Shown here one piece after another: positions 18,864 to 28,575 of a DNA stretch of 55,875 nt. The first letter of the stretch is position 1; every line of letters begins with the position of its first letter. Made by a program: the position numbers and the translations under genes. This stretch comes from Desulfurococcales archaeon. GTDB lineage: Archaea; Thermoproteota; Thermoprotei_A; Sulfolobales; NBVN01. The stretch covers positions 1 through 55,875 of the forward strand of contig JALWQN010000084.1 of assembly GCA_027083115.1 (NCBI GenBank), given 5' to 3'. Below the pieces are notes generated by a model. It had not been told where the DNA came from. It saw only the letters and a program-made list of their open reading frames with translations, and searched no databases.

Positions 18864-19115
18864 CTAACTTCTTTGGTAATTAATGACTATGTAAAGTATT
18901 TGGCTCCCCCTAATTAATACGGTACCGTACTTAGCTACAGGTTCCTTACTCTCTTCAGAAATTTCTTCACAATCAACCATGACTATATTCATAGTTGGGT
19001 CTGTCATGATTAAACGACCTATATAGCTCCTGCCGTCCTTAACCTTAACCAGCACATCCTTATTTACGGAGGATCTCAGCGTCTTTAATGGGCTCTCCCC
19101 TCTCTGAAATGACAT
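18864..19115 (-). CDS. Sm-like archaeal protein (SmAP1/2 type)
   Basis: Sm1/Sm2 motifs: [31 protein letters not shown]...[13 protein letters not shown]. Start placed at ATG 19115 behind AGGTGG. The ORF track starts at TTG 19130. Confidence 0.8.
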   Translation of the reverse strand: MSFQRGESPLKTLRSSVNKDVLVKVKDGRSYIGRLIMTDPTMNIVMVDCEEISEESKEPVAKYGTVLIRGSQILYIVINYQRS

Positions 19116-19271
19116 TAAACCACCTCTCAACTTACCTTGAAGGAGTAGATATTTAAGCTTTAGGTTAGCGGCCTATGTAAAAGAGGGTTTGTTAATTGAG
19201 AAAGGCCGTACCTTAATCGAAGGTTCAGCTTTAATTAAGGCAGGAAATACTTTATTTTTAGGGTGCTTAAG

Positions 19272-19535
19272 GTGATTGACAAGGGGAAAGTTAGGGTTGG
19301 TAACAAACCCTTGAACGACTACTTGATTTCCGCTGCACTACTGTTTAATCAGGGTGCCAGTAAAGTTGTTTTGGTGGGTAAAGGAAATAACATATCGAAG
19401 GCCGTAGCTCTCTACAATACCTTAAAGGACAGGATGGGCGAAGCAATAAAATTAAGGGACGTTAGAATAGGAAGTGAGGAAGTCAAAGGCAAGATTGTCT
19501 CATTCATAGAAATAGAAGTTGAGAGGAACTACTGA
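19272..19535 (+). CDS. albA2: DNA/RNA-binding protein Alba, Alba2-like paralogue
   Basis: LLFNQGASKVVLVGKGNNISKAVALYNTLKDRMGEAIKL resembles Sulfolobus Sso10b2 as recalled from memory ([35 protein letters not shown]). The start is ambiguous: GTG 19263 or GTG 19272, the latter being GGGTG-N6-GTG. Confidence 0.75.
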   Translation: MIDKGKVRVGNKPLNDYLISAALLFNQGASKVVLVGKGNNISKAVALYNTLKDRMGEAIKLRDVRIGSEEVKGKIVSFIEIEVERNY

Positions 19536-19582
19536 ACCACGGCAAAAACTCTGTCCTTACTTCACTTAATTATCAAAAAAGG

Positions 19583-22500
19583 TTAGGTTGCCTCCTCCAT
19601 ATAGTTTGCTCTTGACGGGATTCCCTCCTGAAGCCTTGTTCCTAGGTGATCTTTAACCCTTATTCTTATTACGTCGCTAAGCAAGAGAACTAATGCAGTA
19701 TTCCTGGACATGCTTCCCTTCCTCACGTGCTCCAACAAAACCTCAAGATCTCTTGTTGCCTTAACATCAGCTAATTCTGGGTAGTTTTCCTTAATTAGAT
19801 CAGCAACCTCTATACCTAACTTAGTCGGGATTAGGTATAGTCTCTTCTTAGAAGCTATAAGGTATCCGTGGCGTAAGTTATTCTCTATAGCTTTTGCGTA
19901 AGTGCTTGGTCTTCCAATACCTTTTTTCTTCATTAGCTTAATTGCGTCTGAAGAAGTATATAGACGAACTTCAGCAGCATTCATTACTTTAACATCTGCG
20001 TTCTTAACAACAAGCGATTTCTTACCCTTCATATCCGCATATACCTTCAAGTAGGAATACCTTAGGTGCCCAGGAACCAGGACTTCAGTAGGTATTGAGA
20101 CCTGCAATTTTAGCTCCCCCAAATCGACGCTATATGTGTAAAACCTCAATTTAGCTGGTGGCATTTGGCTTGCAATAAACCTCCTAAAGATAAGGTCATA
20201 AAGTCTTTTATGGTACCATGTAAGGTTTTGGAACATGCCGAAGCCGAGCTCATCTACTTCGTCTAAACTAGCAATTGGTTTAGTAGGCCTAATGCATTCA
20301 TGTGTGCCTTCAGGCCCCCAAGACCTCGGCGTAAAGAATTCTATCTCTTCATTCTTTACTAAGTATTCCTTAGCTATCTGAATACCTATTTGCGAAACAT
20401 GAGTGCTGTCGGTTCTGTGGTAAGTTATGAAGCCAAGCTCAAACAGGTCCTGAGCTACCCTCATTAGCTTACCAGGAGTTAATTTCAGGTACCTCATACC
20501 GTCATAAAGTAAAGAATCCGTTGTATATGGAGGCTTAGGTAGTTGTTCTTTCACCTCCTCTTTAAGGAGTTTAAGGAATATCCCGTTCTCACTCAGGTAT
20601 TTAACAACTTCTTTGACTTTATCCTCCTCGTGAGTGAAGTACGTGATTTTCATGTCATTAGGTAACTTAATCACGATTAACTTACCTTTACTCTTTAAAT
20701 ACTCCCTATATCTCTCAACAATCCACTCCAGGACCGGAGACTGAACTCTGCCTCCACCAAGCCAGTATTTTCCTAACCTAGTCTTTAAGACATTACTTAA
20801 TTCAAAACCAACCAACCTGTCATCTACTCTTCTAACTATTTGGGCATTTATTCTCCTTAAATCGAGCTTTCTAGGTGATTTTAGTGCTTGAAGGAATGCG
20901 TGCCTCGTGACTTCATGGAACTCAACCCTTCTAAAAGAATCTATGTAGGGCCTAAGCAAGAGATAAACATCATAAGCTATTTTTTCTCCCTCATCATCAG
21001 GGTCAGTAGCTATTATTACTTCGTCATTTTCTTGAGCAAGTTTACGTAAAGCCTCAACAACTTTCCTACTATCCCTAATCCTGGACGACCCACAGCGCGG
21101 ACATTTATCCACGTCATCAGTAAATTGATAACCGCAATTCATGCATCTCTTTATCGTAGTATATATTGGTTTCAAACCTCTCCCGTTCTTGAGGGTTCCA
21201 TGAAAACCTTCATTAACGGTTAGGTCAAGCAAGTGGCCTAGGGTCGGAGCTATTGTGGCTATGTATACTTTATCTTTAAGAGGAATTACGGTCTCGTAAG
21301 CAATGTAGTCACTCAAGTATCTCCTGCCAGGTTTGCCGAACATCCTAGCAATCGTTTTCGCTTTAGTTGGGGACTCAACAACGATTAAAACTGACTTAAT
21401 TCTCTCGACATCCAAACCAGAGGTTTCTCTACTCCTACTTGCTTTCTGCTCCATCTTAACTTTCTTTAGGTCGAGCTTGCTTAAAGGAATAAATTCCTGC
21501 GTAGAAACATACCTTGCTAGCTTCTTAAGGAATATCTTGAGCAGATCCTCATCCTCATAAAGGATTATCGAGAGCCCTAAAGTCATGTTTCCTTTAAGCA
21601 ATCTACTAGATCTTCCTGAAGCTTGAATGTAAGTCATTACATCTGGCAGACTAACTATTAGTTTCCCTCCCTTTAAAGTGATAATATATGAGTCCGTAGT
21701 TAACTTACCTTTTTCTTTCACATAATCATATACGAACTTCTTAATGGATGGAATCTCCTTCAATATCCTGTCTCTAACTTCCGATAAGAAACCCTCAACC
21801 TCCAGGTAACCCTTCAGGCTAGCTTGAAGTACCTTGAGTTTACCAGGGCTTAGCCTGGACAGAATTTTTAAGAGATCCTTACAATCCTCGGAGAGTCTAT
21901 AACCTCTTTTAGCGGCTTCAATAACGGACCTAAGAAACCCCGTAGGGCTGGTCACTATTGAGTCGAACGGAAACTCAAATTTTGGGATTCCTACAAAAAT
22001 AGCGTTATATATTCGCAAGGGTTCATCAATACCCCTGGTTAAGATCCCGTAATAGGTTGCGACACCCACTAAAACATCTGCATCTCCTGAACGCAACATA
22101 TCAAGAGCTTTTCTTGAGGTTGCTGCAGCAACTCTTATGCCTTCATTCCTTAACTCATTAACTAATTTTCTTGCGTAAGCTAACCCCCTATCTTTACTTA
22201 CGAAGATTAAAGTCCCTCCCTCAAGCTCCTTAAGGAGCTTACTTAAGTCAACCTCACTTAACTTCTCACTAACTTCAACTATATTCCTGAGGTAATCCAT
22301 TATTGAGCCAACCTCAAACCCAAGTATTTCCCTAAGCACCTTAATTCTTGAGCCCTTAGCTCTGCCAGTAGCGCTAGCTATCAACAACTGACCCATAGAA
22401 TCGACATCCAAGTATGTGGCTAGCTCCATCTCGGTCTTATAGAGCGTTTCAGATATTTCATTGACTTTCTCGTCGTTACCTGCGTATTTATAGAACATCA

Positions 22501-23206
22501 GCTCAGACTTCAAAGAAACTACTTTCCTAGCAAGCTTAATTGCTTCCTCATTCACTCCCAAAAGATTAAGTATTAAGTCAATCAGTGATGAAGATTTAAG
22601 GAGGGCGTCGAAGTCATCCACTATCACTAAGTCGTACTTTACGTTCCTGAACAGGTCTTTATTTCTGTAAATGAATGCATGAGTCAAGACATCTATTCTA
22701 CCCTTAACTAAGCCGCCTTCTTTAAGCAGTGGCTTAAGAGCTGTTGAGTCCTGAACCGTAACAGGAAGTGAATAATTCCTGAAGGATGCAAGAACTTGCT
22801 TCATTAACTCAACAGTAGGTACTATGTAGAGGACATTGCTACCATTATTGCTTCTGTATAGTGCATAAACCTGCAACAACGTTGTTTTCCCTACGCCTGT
22901 AGGGGCAATAAGAGCGTATGAGTCCCCTTCAAGCATTCTTTTAGCCCATGCTTTTTGGATGGTCCAGAACTGCTTTTTAGTGAGCTTAAAGAAGAATGCC
23001 TCAAAATCCTTCAACTCATCCTCTAGAAGGAAAACATTCACCAATCTCTTGGTTTTACCTAGTTGTGCCAGAACCTTCCTTAATCCTTGCTTTTTTAGTA
23101 AGGGTAAGTACTTGCTGGGTAAGCATTTATTGCAGGGGAGCCCTGCCTTAAGGCGTTCCTCACTTATGGGTCCCCCACAATTAGGACACATGTCTTTAAT
23201 TATCAT
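19583..23206 (-). CDS. rgy: Reverse gyrase
   Basis: 1207 aa. N-terminal Zn finger CPNCGG..CNKC, helicase Walker A APTGVGKTT, VDDFD, topoisomerase IA TOPRIM VESPTKAKTI and active-site Tyr region ITYHRTDS. Confidence 0.95.
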   Translation of the reverse strand: MIIKDMCPNCGGPISEERLKAGLPCNKCLPSKYLPLLKKQGLRKVLAQLGKTKRLVNVFLLEDELKDFEAFFFKLTKKQFWTIQKAWAKRMLEGDSYALIAPTGVGKTTLLQVYALYRSNNGSNVLYIVPTVELMKQVLASFRNYSLPVTVQDSTALKPLLKEGGLVKGRIDVLTHAFIYRNKDLFRNVKYDLVIVDDFDALLKSSSLIDLILNLLGVNEEAIKLARKVVSLKSELMFYKYAGNDEKVNEISETLYKTEMELATYLDVDSMGQLLIASATGRAKGSRIKVLREILGFEVGSIMDYLRNIVEVSEKLSEVDLSKLLKELEGGTLIFVSKDRGLAYARKLVNELRNEGIRVAAATSRKALDMLRSGDADVLVGVATYYGILTRGIDEPLRIYNAIFVGIPKFEFPFDSIVTSPTGFLRSVIEAAKRGYRLSEDCKDLLKILSRLSPGKLKVLQASLKGYLEVEGFLSEVRDRILKEIPSIKKFVYDYVKEKGKLTTDSYIITLKGGKLIVSLPDVMTYIQASGRSSRLLKGNMTLGLSIILYEDEDLLKIFLKKLARYVSTQEFIPLSKLDLKKVKMEQKASRSRETSGLDVERIKSVLIVVESPTKAKTIARMFGKPGRRYLSDYIAYETVIPLKDKVYIATIAPTLGHLLDLTVNEGFHGTLKNGRGLKPIYTTIKRCMNCGYQFTDDVDKCPRCGSSRIRDSRKVVEALRKLAQENDEVIIATDPDDEGEKIAYDVYLLLRPYIDSFRRVEFHEVTRHAFLQALKSPRKLDLRRINAQIVRRVDDRLVGFELSNVLKTRLGKYWLGGGRVQSPVLEWIVERYREYLKSKGKLIVIKLPNDMKITYFTHEEDKVKEVVKYLSENGIFLKLLKEEVKEQLPKPPYTTDSLLYDGMRYLKLTPGKLMRVAQDLFELGFITYHRTDSTHVSQIGIQIAKEYLVKNEEIEFFTPRSWGPEGTHECIRPTKPIASLDEVDELGFGMFQNLTWYHKRLYDLIFRRFIASQMPPAKLRFYTYSVDLGELKLQVSIPTEVLVPGHLRYSYLKVYADMKGKKSLVVKNADVKVMNAAEVRLYTSSDAIKLMKKKGIGRPSTYAKAIENNLRHGYLIASKKRLYLIPTKLGIEVADLIKENYPELADVKATRDLEVLLEHVRKGSMSRNTALVLLLSDVIRIRVKDHLGTRLQEGIPSRANYMEEAT

Positions 23207-23471
23207 AACTCATTACCTAGTAATGAGCTAGCTAATTATAGCTCCTTAAAAGGGCTTCACCCCATTAAAGAATAATTCGCAAATAAGTCAACATAAAATA
23301 AAGATAAAGTTAATCCATGAGTAAATCAAGACAAGCGATTTCTTAATAAATAAAACGCTTTGAGGCCGGCTAATTCAGCAAAGTAAAGTCAAAGAATAAG
23401 ACTTGAGAAAACTGAAGAAGCAATAAATTATTATGTGGATTTTAATTAAATGATTTTCCCAAATAACTAAA

Positions 23472-23726
23472 TCATAACTTCTTACTCTCAATAATGATCA
23501 TTGTTGTAGTTCCTCTAACTTGAGGAATCCTCCTAATTTTGTCAATCACTAACTCCCTAAGCGCCTCATGAGATTCTGCTTCAACCCTAACAACGATATC
23601 ATACATTCCATAAACCTCGTAAATTTCCCTAATCCCTTCAACCTTTGCTAAGGCATTAATAACTTCTGATTCCGCACCTATTTCAGTATTAATTAAAACT
23701 ATTGCGGAAGACATAATGCCATCCAT
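23472..23726 (-). CDS. Stand-alone Lrp/AsnC ligand-binding (RAM) domain protein
   Basis: 84 aa. AIVLINTEIGAESEVINALAKVEGIREIYEVYGMYDIVVRVEAESHEALRELV..IRRIPQVRGTTTMI is the typical RAM fold pattern. Confidence 0.75.
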   Translation of the reverse strand: MDGIMSSAIVLINTEIGAESEVINALAKVEGIREIYEVYGMYDIVVRVEAESHEALRELVIDKIRRIPQVRGTTTMIIIESKKL

Positions 23727-23771
23727 GATTCATAACGATTTATACTTTATAAGCTTATCCAGCTGAAAAAG

Positions 23772-23828
23772 GAGCTCAGCAGCCTGGTCCACATCATTAT
23801 TTCAGCCCTTACAAGGCTCATCACACCA
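23772..23828 (-). ncRNA. C/D box sRNA (2'-O-methylation guide)
   Basis: Minus strand: GGT-GTGATGA(C)-GCCTTGTAAGGG-CTGA(D')-AATA-ATGATGT(C')-GGACCAGGCTG-CTGA(D)-GCTCCTTTTTC. Guides are 12 and 11 nt with a T-tract after the D box. Lies in the gap upstream of the RAM-domain gene. Confidence 0.75.
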
Positions 23829-23953
23829 TAGAATAGTCTAAACAATAAAACTTATTGATAATCTAGGTTAAAAACCATCATTAAGGAGGATCAATAAGCG
23901 TTAGCGAAATTAGATATTTTAATTGACTACAATAATTAAACCGGTTAAGTACT

Positions 23954-25099
23954 TTGAGAATTAGTGAGTTAAGAACACCTACAGTATTAGTTGATTTAGA
24001 AAGGCTGAGAAAAAACATTTACACAGCAGCATATACTGCTAAAAGCAACAACAAGCACCTATGGCCAATGTTCAAGACCACAAAATCCACCTTTATTGCT
24101 AAGTTGCAGAGAGATGCTGGCTCCAACGGTTTCTTAAGTAGTAATGTTTATGAGGCGAGCGCCCTAGTTAATAAAGGCATAACTAAGAATGTAATGATTG
24201 CCTACCCTATAGTTAGTAAGGAAGAGATTAAGGCACTAATCAACCTTATTGAGAGAGGAACTAAGGTTATCGTCAGGATCGATAATTTACGGATGGCTGA
24301 AACCATAAGTAGGGAGCTAAGATCAAATGCTGCAACTGTTGAATACTGTATTAAGATCGATGTGGGCTACGGAAGGCTTGGTATAAAGCCTGAGAATGCA
24401 GGAATTTTTGTTACGAAACTAAGAAAATTCAGGAATTTGGTTTTTGCGGGGATCGTCACACACCAGGGAAACGCTTATAGAGCCAAAAACCCTACGGAAG
24501 TTGAGGAAATCGCTAAATATAGCGCTAAACAAATGGAGACTGCAGTAAGTAACCTTAAGAAATACGATATAGAGCCAGAAATTATTGGTGCTGGCTCCAC
24601 ACCCACATTCAGGTTCGATGTAGCAGAAGGTATTTACACTCACCTGTTCCCCGGAAATTACGTATATTTTGACAGAACTCAAGCTTTAGCCTACGGTTCA
24701 GCAAGCATAAAAGATTGCGCACTTACGTTATTAGCGACTGTTATATCGAAACCACAGCACTCAGGAAACAAGCTCGCTATTATTGATGCTGGTACCAAAT
24801 ATATAGAACCCTCTAATAGAGGCGGGTTAGTCGGTTATGGGCAGCTAGTGAATAACCCTAGAGCCATAGTTACTAGGGTGTCACAGGAAATAGCGGTACT
24901 AAGGGCTGAGGAAGACGGTATTGATATTGGCGAGAAGGTACGAGTAATCACAAATCATTCATGCTATACTAACAATTCAGTTAATTTGCTTGTTGGTCAT
25001 ACAGGATCAAAAGTTACTGGGATAATTCCTGTTGATGCCAAAAAGGAAGATATTATTGAGAAGGTACTGAGGGAGAGTTACATCAAAATACTTCATTAA
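23954..25099 (+). CDS. Fold-type III PLP enzyme (alanine racemase N-terminal domain; D-threonine aldolase / D-serine dehydratase-like)
   Basis: 381 aa. N-terminal LRTPTVLVDLERLRKNI and candidate PLP-lysine region LWPMFKTTKS. Overall layout fits the DSD1/D-TA family. Substrate not inferable. Confidence 0.5.
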   Translation: MRISELRTPTVLVDLERLRKNIYTAAYTAKSNNKHLWPMFKTTKSTFIAKLQRDAGSNGFLSSNVYEASALVNKGITKNVMIAYPIVSKEEIKALINLIERGTKVIVRIDNLRMAETISRELRSNAATVEYCIKIDVGYGRLGIKPENAGIFVTKLRKFRNLVFAGIVTHQGNAYRAKNPTEVEEIAKYSAKQMETAVSNLKKYDIEPEIIGAGSTPTFRFDVAEGIYTHLFPGNYVYFDRTQALAYGSASIKDCALTLLATVISKPQHSGNKLAIIDAGTKYIEPSNRGGLVGYGQLVNNPRAIVTRVSQEIAVLRAEEDGIDIGEKVRVITNHSCYTNNSVNLLVGHTGSKVTGIIPVDAKKEDIIEKVLRESYIKILH

Positions 25100-25217
25100 T
25101 TCCTCTAAGCAGGAGATTTAACTCCTCGGTACTATTACTACCTAGCTTCATTAGGCCTTTCTCTATCGGTACAGGAATAAAATAAGCCACTTAATTACTA
25201 TATAACTATACTAAATC

Positions 25218-25961
25218 TTGACGAACTTGTTGGGGGATAAAGTGAAGGTCAGTAAAGGAAGTAAGGTATACCTGCTGAACGAAATTGTTTCAAACGCTAG
25301 TTTAGTGCGTGAAGCACTGAACAAGTTCAGCAATGAAGTAATTCTGCCCCTGAAGCCTTTTGTGGGGTTAGCTGACTTCAAGGGGCTGAAGACATATGTA
25401 GCCATTCCCTTACCAGCACTCTTAACCCCAGGAGAGTTAAACTCTAAGAAACCAGAATACGTATTGGAAGAAGATGTTTGGGTTGATGGAAAATATCTAT
25501 CTAAGGAAAAAACAATTATCGATTATAACATCCGCGACTTAAATATTCAGATACCGTTCTTTAATCTTCAAGAGGCAAACAAAGAAAAGAGAGTAGGGTG
25601 CCTCTTATATCGGTCGCCCAACGAAGAAGAACTAGAGTTGTATCTCAATAAGTTGCTTAACGCAAAACATGTTGCCATACTAGATAAACTAGCTGAAGAT
25701 AATGAAGAGGGTGAATTAAGGTGTTATTGGTGTTCGCATTTCTTACTCTCAGGGCTTAATTTAAGGAAACAATTGAGAGTTAAGGTACTAGACCTTAATA
25801 AAATAAGGAAGCTGAGATACTTAGTGAAGCCACTTCTTTATTTAGGGAGTAAGGCAATTATGGGTGAACTAACCTACAATAACTCGATTGTTTTCTTCGG
25901 GTTTAATAAAGATAAAATCTTTAAGGAATTGCTTACTAGGGCCATTCTTTACGTCTGCTGA
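25218..25961 (+). CDS. Hypothetical protein
   Basis: 247-aa ORF with normal K/E/L-rich composition and no motif I recognise. The start is uncertain (TTG 25218/25227/25230 or GTG 25242, downstream of the TATA-like CTATATAAC). The 3' end overlaps xpb convergently by 26 nt. Confidence 0.45.
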   Translation: MTNLLGDKVKVSKGSKVYLLNEIVSNASLVREALNKFSNEVILPLKPFVGLADFKGLKTYVAIPLPALLTPGELNSKKPEYVLEEDVWVDGKYLSKEKTIIDYNIRDLNIQIPFFNLQEANKEKRVGCLLYRSPNEEELELYLNKLLNAKHVAILDKLAEDNEEGELRCYWCSHFLLSGLNLRKQLRVKVLDLNKIRKLRYLVKPLLYLGSKAIMGELTYNNSIVFFGFNKDKIFKELLTRAILYVC

Positions 25962-27585
25962 ATTCATCCAGCCTAATCTTCTTTCTTTTTCTTGCCTGAC
26001 TTTCTTCTGATGTCCCTTTAGCAACTATTTCATAAAGTACGGCTTCCTTACCTTGCCCTGGACGAAGAAGCCGGCCTAATCTTTGGATGAACTGCCTCCT
26101 TGAGCCCGTGCCAGCAACCAAAATACCTACTGAAGCATCAGGTATATCTAAACCTTCGTCACCAACGGTTGTGACAACCAGAACGCCGGACCTACTTTTC
26201 TTAAATTCCTCAATAATTTTTTTCCTTACCTCATCCTTAACCGAGCCTGTTAGTAGGTAACCATTAACTAAGTCAGCTATTGCTTTAGCAACCTCAACAT
26301 AATGTGCAAATATGATGATTTTCTTACCTGAAGAAAGCTCTTTCTCAACTATTTCCTTCACCTTCATAAGCTTAGATTTTGATTTCTGAATGATTTGTAG
26401 CATGCGAGAATGAATCCTTAATGCCTTTATCGCCATTAAATTTCCTTTCTGCGCTTCCTTAACTAAGTCATCAAAGCTGCCAAAAACCATATACTTCTTG
26501 AAAAGCTTCCTTAACTCATCATACTCTTTCTTCTCGTTGCTGGAAAGCGATACCTTAACTGTTATGACCCTATATGGCGCTAAATATCCTTTTTTAGCCA
26601 GCTCGGATGGGGTTTTATAATAAACAACTCCTCCCATTAATGGAAATAGGTAAGTGTGCTTGCCATCCTCTCTGTAGGGGGTTGCTGAGAGGCCTAAACG
26701 ATAGGCTGCAGGAGAACTTGTCGCTATATGCTTAAATTTATCTGCCGGGAGGTGATGAACTTCATCAATCACCAAAAAGCCGAAGTAAGGAGATAATTTA
26801 TGGATGTACTTGTAGGCAGTTTGATATGTTGCCAGAGTGATATCTGAGATCCTTTTTTCTTTACTGTAGTAAAGCCCGATCATGTGTTGTTCAGCGTCCG
26901 TAAACTCCATTAATGATTTGCGCCACTGAAGTAGTTGCTCCTTAGTGTACACAATAATCAATGTCTTTAGTGATACCTTTGCTATGGCAGCTACCCCAAT
27001 CACTGTTTTTCCTGAACCTGTGGGTAAAGCTATTATGCCCTTACCTCCATTCCTTAACCAATAATTAATGGCTTCTTCCTGATAGTCCCTCAATTGGCCT
27101 TTGAACTCTATTTTTACGCTTAATTTCCTGTTAATACTGAAACCTGTTAAATCAACTACAGAGAAGTTGAGCCCTTTTAATCTACTGATTAGGTCAGGAT
27201 AGCGGTAAGGGTACGTATAAAACAACCTTGAGGACCTATCGTAACTAAGTAAGTCCTTAAATCTCTCAGGATATAACTCCCCCAAATAAGTACTGAACTT
27301 AGCGTATATCTTAGATCCGTCAAAGCTTAAGGTTACTGACTTACTTGATGAATTCCTTAAAGAATCTAAGAACTCAATTACTTCATCCGAATAATCGGCT
27401 CCTGAACCCTCTAGAATATCTACTACGTCATCAGGCGTAAGGCCTTTATTGATGATTTTGTTTCTGGAGAGCTTAAATACTGTAAGGCCTTTCTCCCTAC
27501 CCAGATAATCCGCTACACCCAATAACCTCCTGAAAGCCTTAGAGCTAACCCACCCCTTTAAGTAGAATTTAGGTTCTTCATGCAA
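25936..27585 (-). CDS. xpb: DNA repair helicase XPB/Rad25 homologue
   Basis: 549 aa. LRDYQEEAINYW, motif I LPTGSGKTV, motif II IDEVHH, SATPYRED (RED motif), C-terminal helicase lobe TTVGDEGLDIP. Confidence 0.85.
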   Translation of the reverse strand: MHEEPKFYLKGWVSSKAFRRLLGVADYLGREKGLTVFKLSRNKIINKGLTPDDVVDILEGSGADYSDEVIEFLDSLRNSSSKSVTLSFDGSKIYAKFSTYLGELYPERFKDLLSYDRSSRLFYTYPYRYPDLISRLKGLNFSVVDLTGFSINRKLSVKIEFKGQLRDYQEEAINYWLRNGGKGIIALPTGSGKTVIGVAAIAKVSLKTLIIVYTKEQLLQWRKSLMEFTDAEQHMIGLYYSKEKRISDITLATYQTAYKYIHKLSPYFGFLVIDEVHHLPADKFKHIATSSPAAYRLGLSATPYREDGKHTYLFPLMGGVVYYKTPSELAKKGYLAPYRVITVKVSLSSNEKKEYDELRKLFKKYMVFGSFDDLVKEAQKGNLMAIKALRIHSRMLQIIQKSKSKLMKVKEIVEKELSSGKKIIIFAHYVEVAKAIADLVNGYLLTGSVKDEVRKKIIEEFKKSRSGVLVVTTVGDEGLDIPDASVGILVAGTGSRRQFIQRLGRLLRPGQGKEAVLYEIVAKGTSEESQARKRKKIRLDEFSRRKEWP

Positions 27586-27597
27586 AGCCGGCAGTCC

Positions 27598-27939
27598 TCA
27601 TTCCTGGACTTCCTCATAAAGCTCAACAATTATTCTGGCCTTAACGTTTTTCTTAGCGAAAGGAGGTACCTCCTTACCTAAATCAACGGCCAAAACCACA
27701 TCATTACCTAAGTCATCCTTAAATCTGACTTCTGCTATATATTCTTCTTTTGGTCCTCCCTCCATAGATTCCATCAGTGCTTTGTAAAGGCGTGAGAAAG
27801 CCAGTTGAAAAGAGACAGGATTAGTTAGGTCCGAAGGAGATAGTCTGGCCTCAGCAAGTCCTTTGGCAAGGTCAACTATAGCTTTCTCTACCTTACCCAA
27901 CCCAATAAATTCTCTCCTATAATTAGGTCCTTCCTCCAA
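27598..27939 (-). CDS. Hypothetical protein, co-directional and 12 nt upstream of xpb
   Basis: 113-aa acidic ORF with no recognisable motif. Confidence 0.45.
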   Translation of the reverse strand: MEEGPNYRREFIGLGKVEKAIVDLAKGLAEARLSPSDLTNPVSFQLAFSRLYKALMESMEGGPKEEYIAEVRFKDDLGNDVVLAVDLGKEVPPFAKKNVKARIIVELYEEVQE

Positions 27940-28025
27940 TTATTTCACCTATAGAGTTTGGTACATAAAACAATATAAAGGAATAATCCAGCAATACAGC
28001 ACTATACTTAATAGTGAAAGTATTT

Positions 28026-28040
28026 ATACCATAAAAACTT
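28026..28040 (+). promoter_or_regulatory. Putative BRE/TATA element for alba1
   Basis: GAAAGTATTTATACC about 65 nt upstream of ATG 28103, which is itself preceded by GAGGTGA-N6. Confidence 0.35.
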
Positions 28041-28102
28041 ATTAAGCGCCCCTTAGTTACTTCATTGAAAACAAAGCAAGTAAAGGTCTGAGGTGAGAAA
28101 AA

Positions 28103-28402
28103 ATGTCATCGTCGCAAAGTCCAATATCAAGCAATGTAGTGTTAGTAGGTAAGAAACCAGTCATGAACTACGTGTTAGCTACTTTAACCCTGTTAAATCA
28201 GGGTGTCCCAGAAATAATAGTGAAGGCTAGGGGTAGAGCTATTAGCAAGGCTGTAGATACTGTTGAGATAGTTAGGAGCAGGTTCCTACCCGATAAAGTG
28301 CAGATTAAGGAAATTAAGATAGGGAGCCAAGTAGTGACTACTGCCGAAGGCAGACAAACTAGGGTTTCTACAATAGAGATCTCTATAGCTAAGAAAGAGT
28401 AA
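28103..28402 (+). CDS. albA: DNA/RNA-binding protein Alba (Alba1 / Sso10b-type)
   Basis: [69 protein letters not shown] is nearly colinear with Sso10b1 as recalled from memory. Confidence 0.95.
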   Translation: MSSSQSPISSNVVLVGKKPVMNYVLATLTLLNQGVPEIIVKARGRAISKAVDTVEIVRSRFLPDKVQIKEIKIGSQVVTTAEGRQTRVSTIEISIAKKE

Positions 28403-28575
28403 AAAAGCAAATTTATCTAACGCTGGCTACTTAACTTATTTTTTATAGATTTATCCTAAAGCCGCTAAAACGGCCATCAATTATAACTCAATTAATTCAT
28501 TGATGACTCCAAGAAGTAACTTAATTGTTTAGGTAACCTTAATTTCCTACCATAAATAAGTTCTTAGGGAGTAGG

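Noticed and set aside
28497-28520. An isolated TTGATGA in the alba1-hps spacer, considered as a C box
   Set aside because: There is no CTGA at guide distance on either side and no C'/D' pair.
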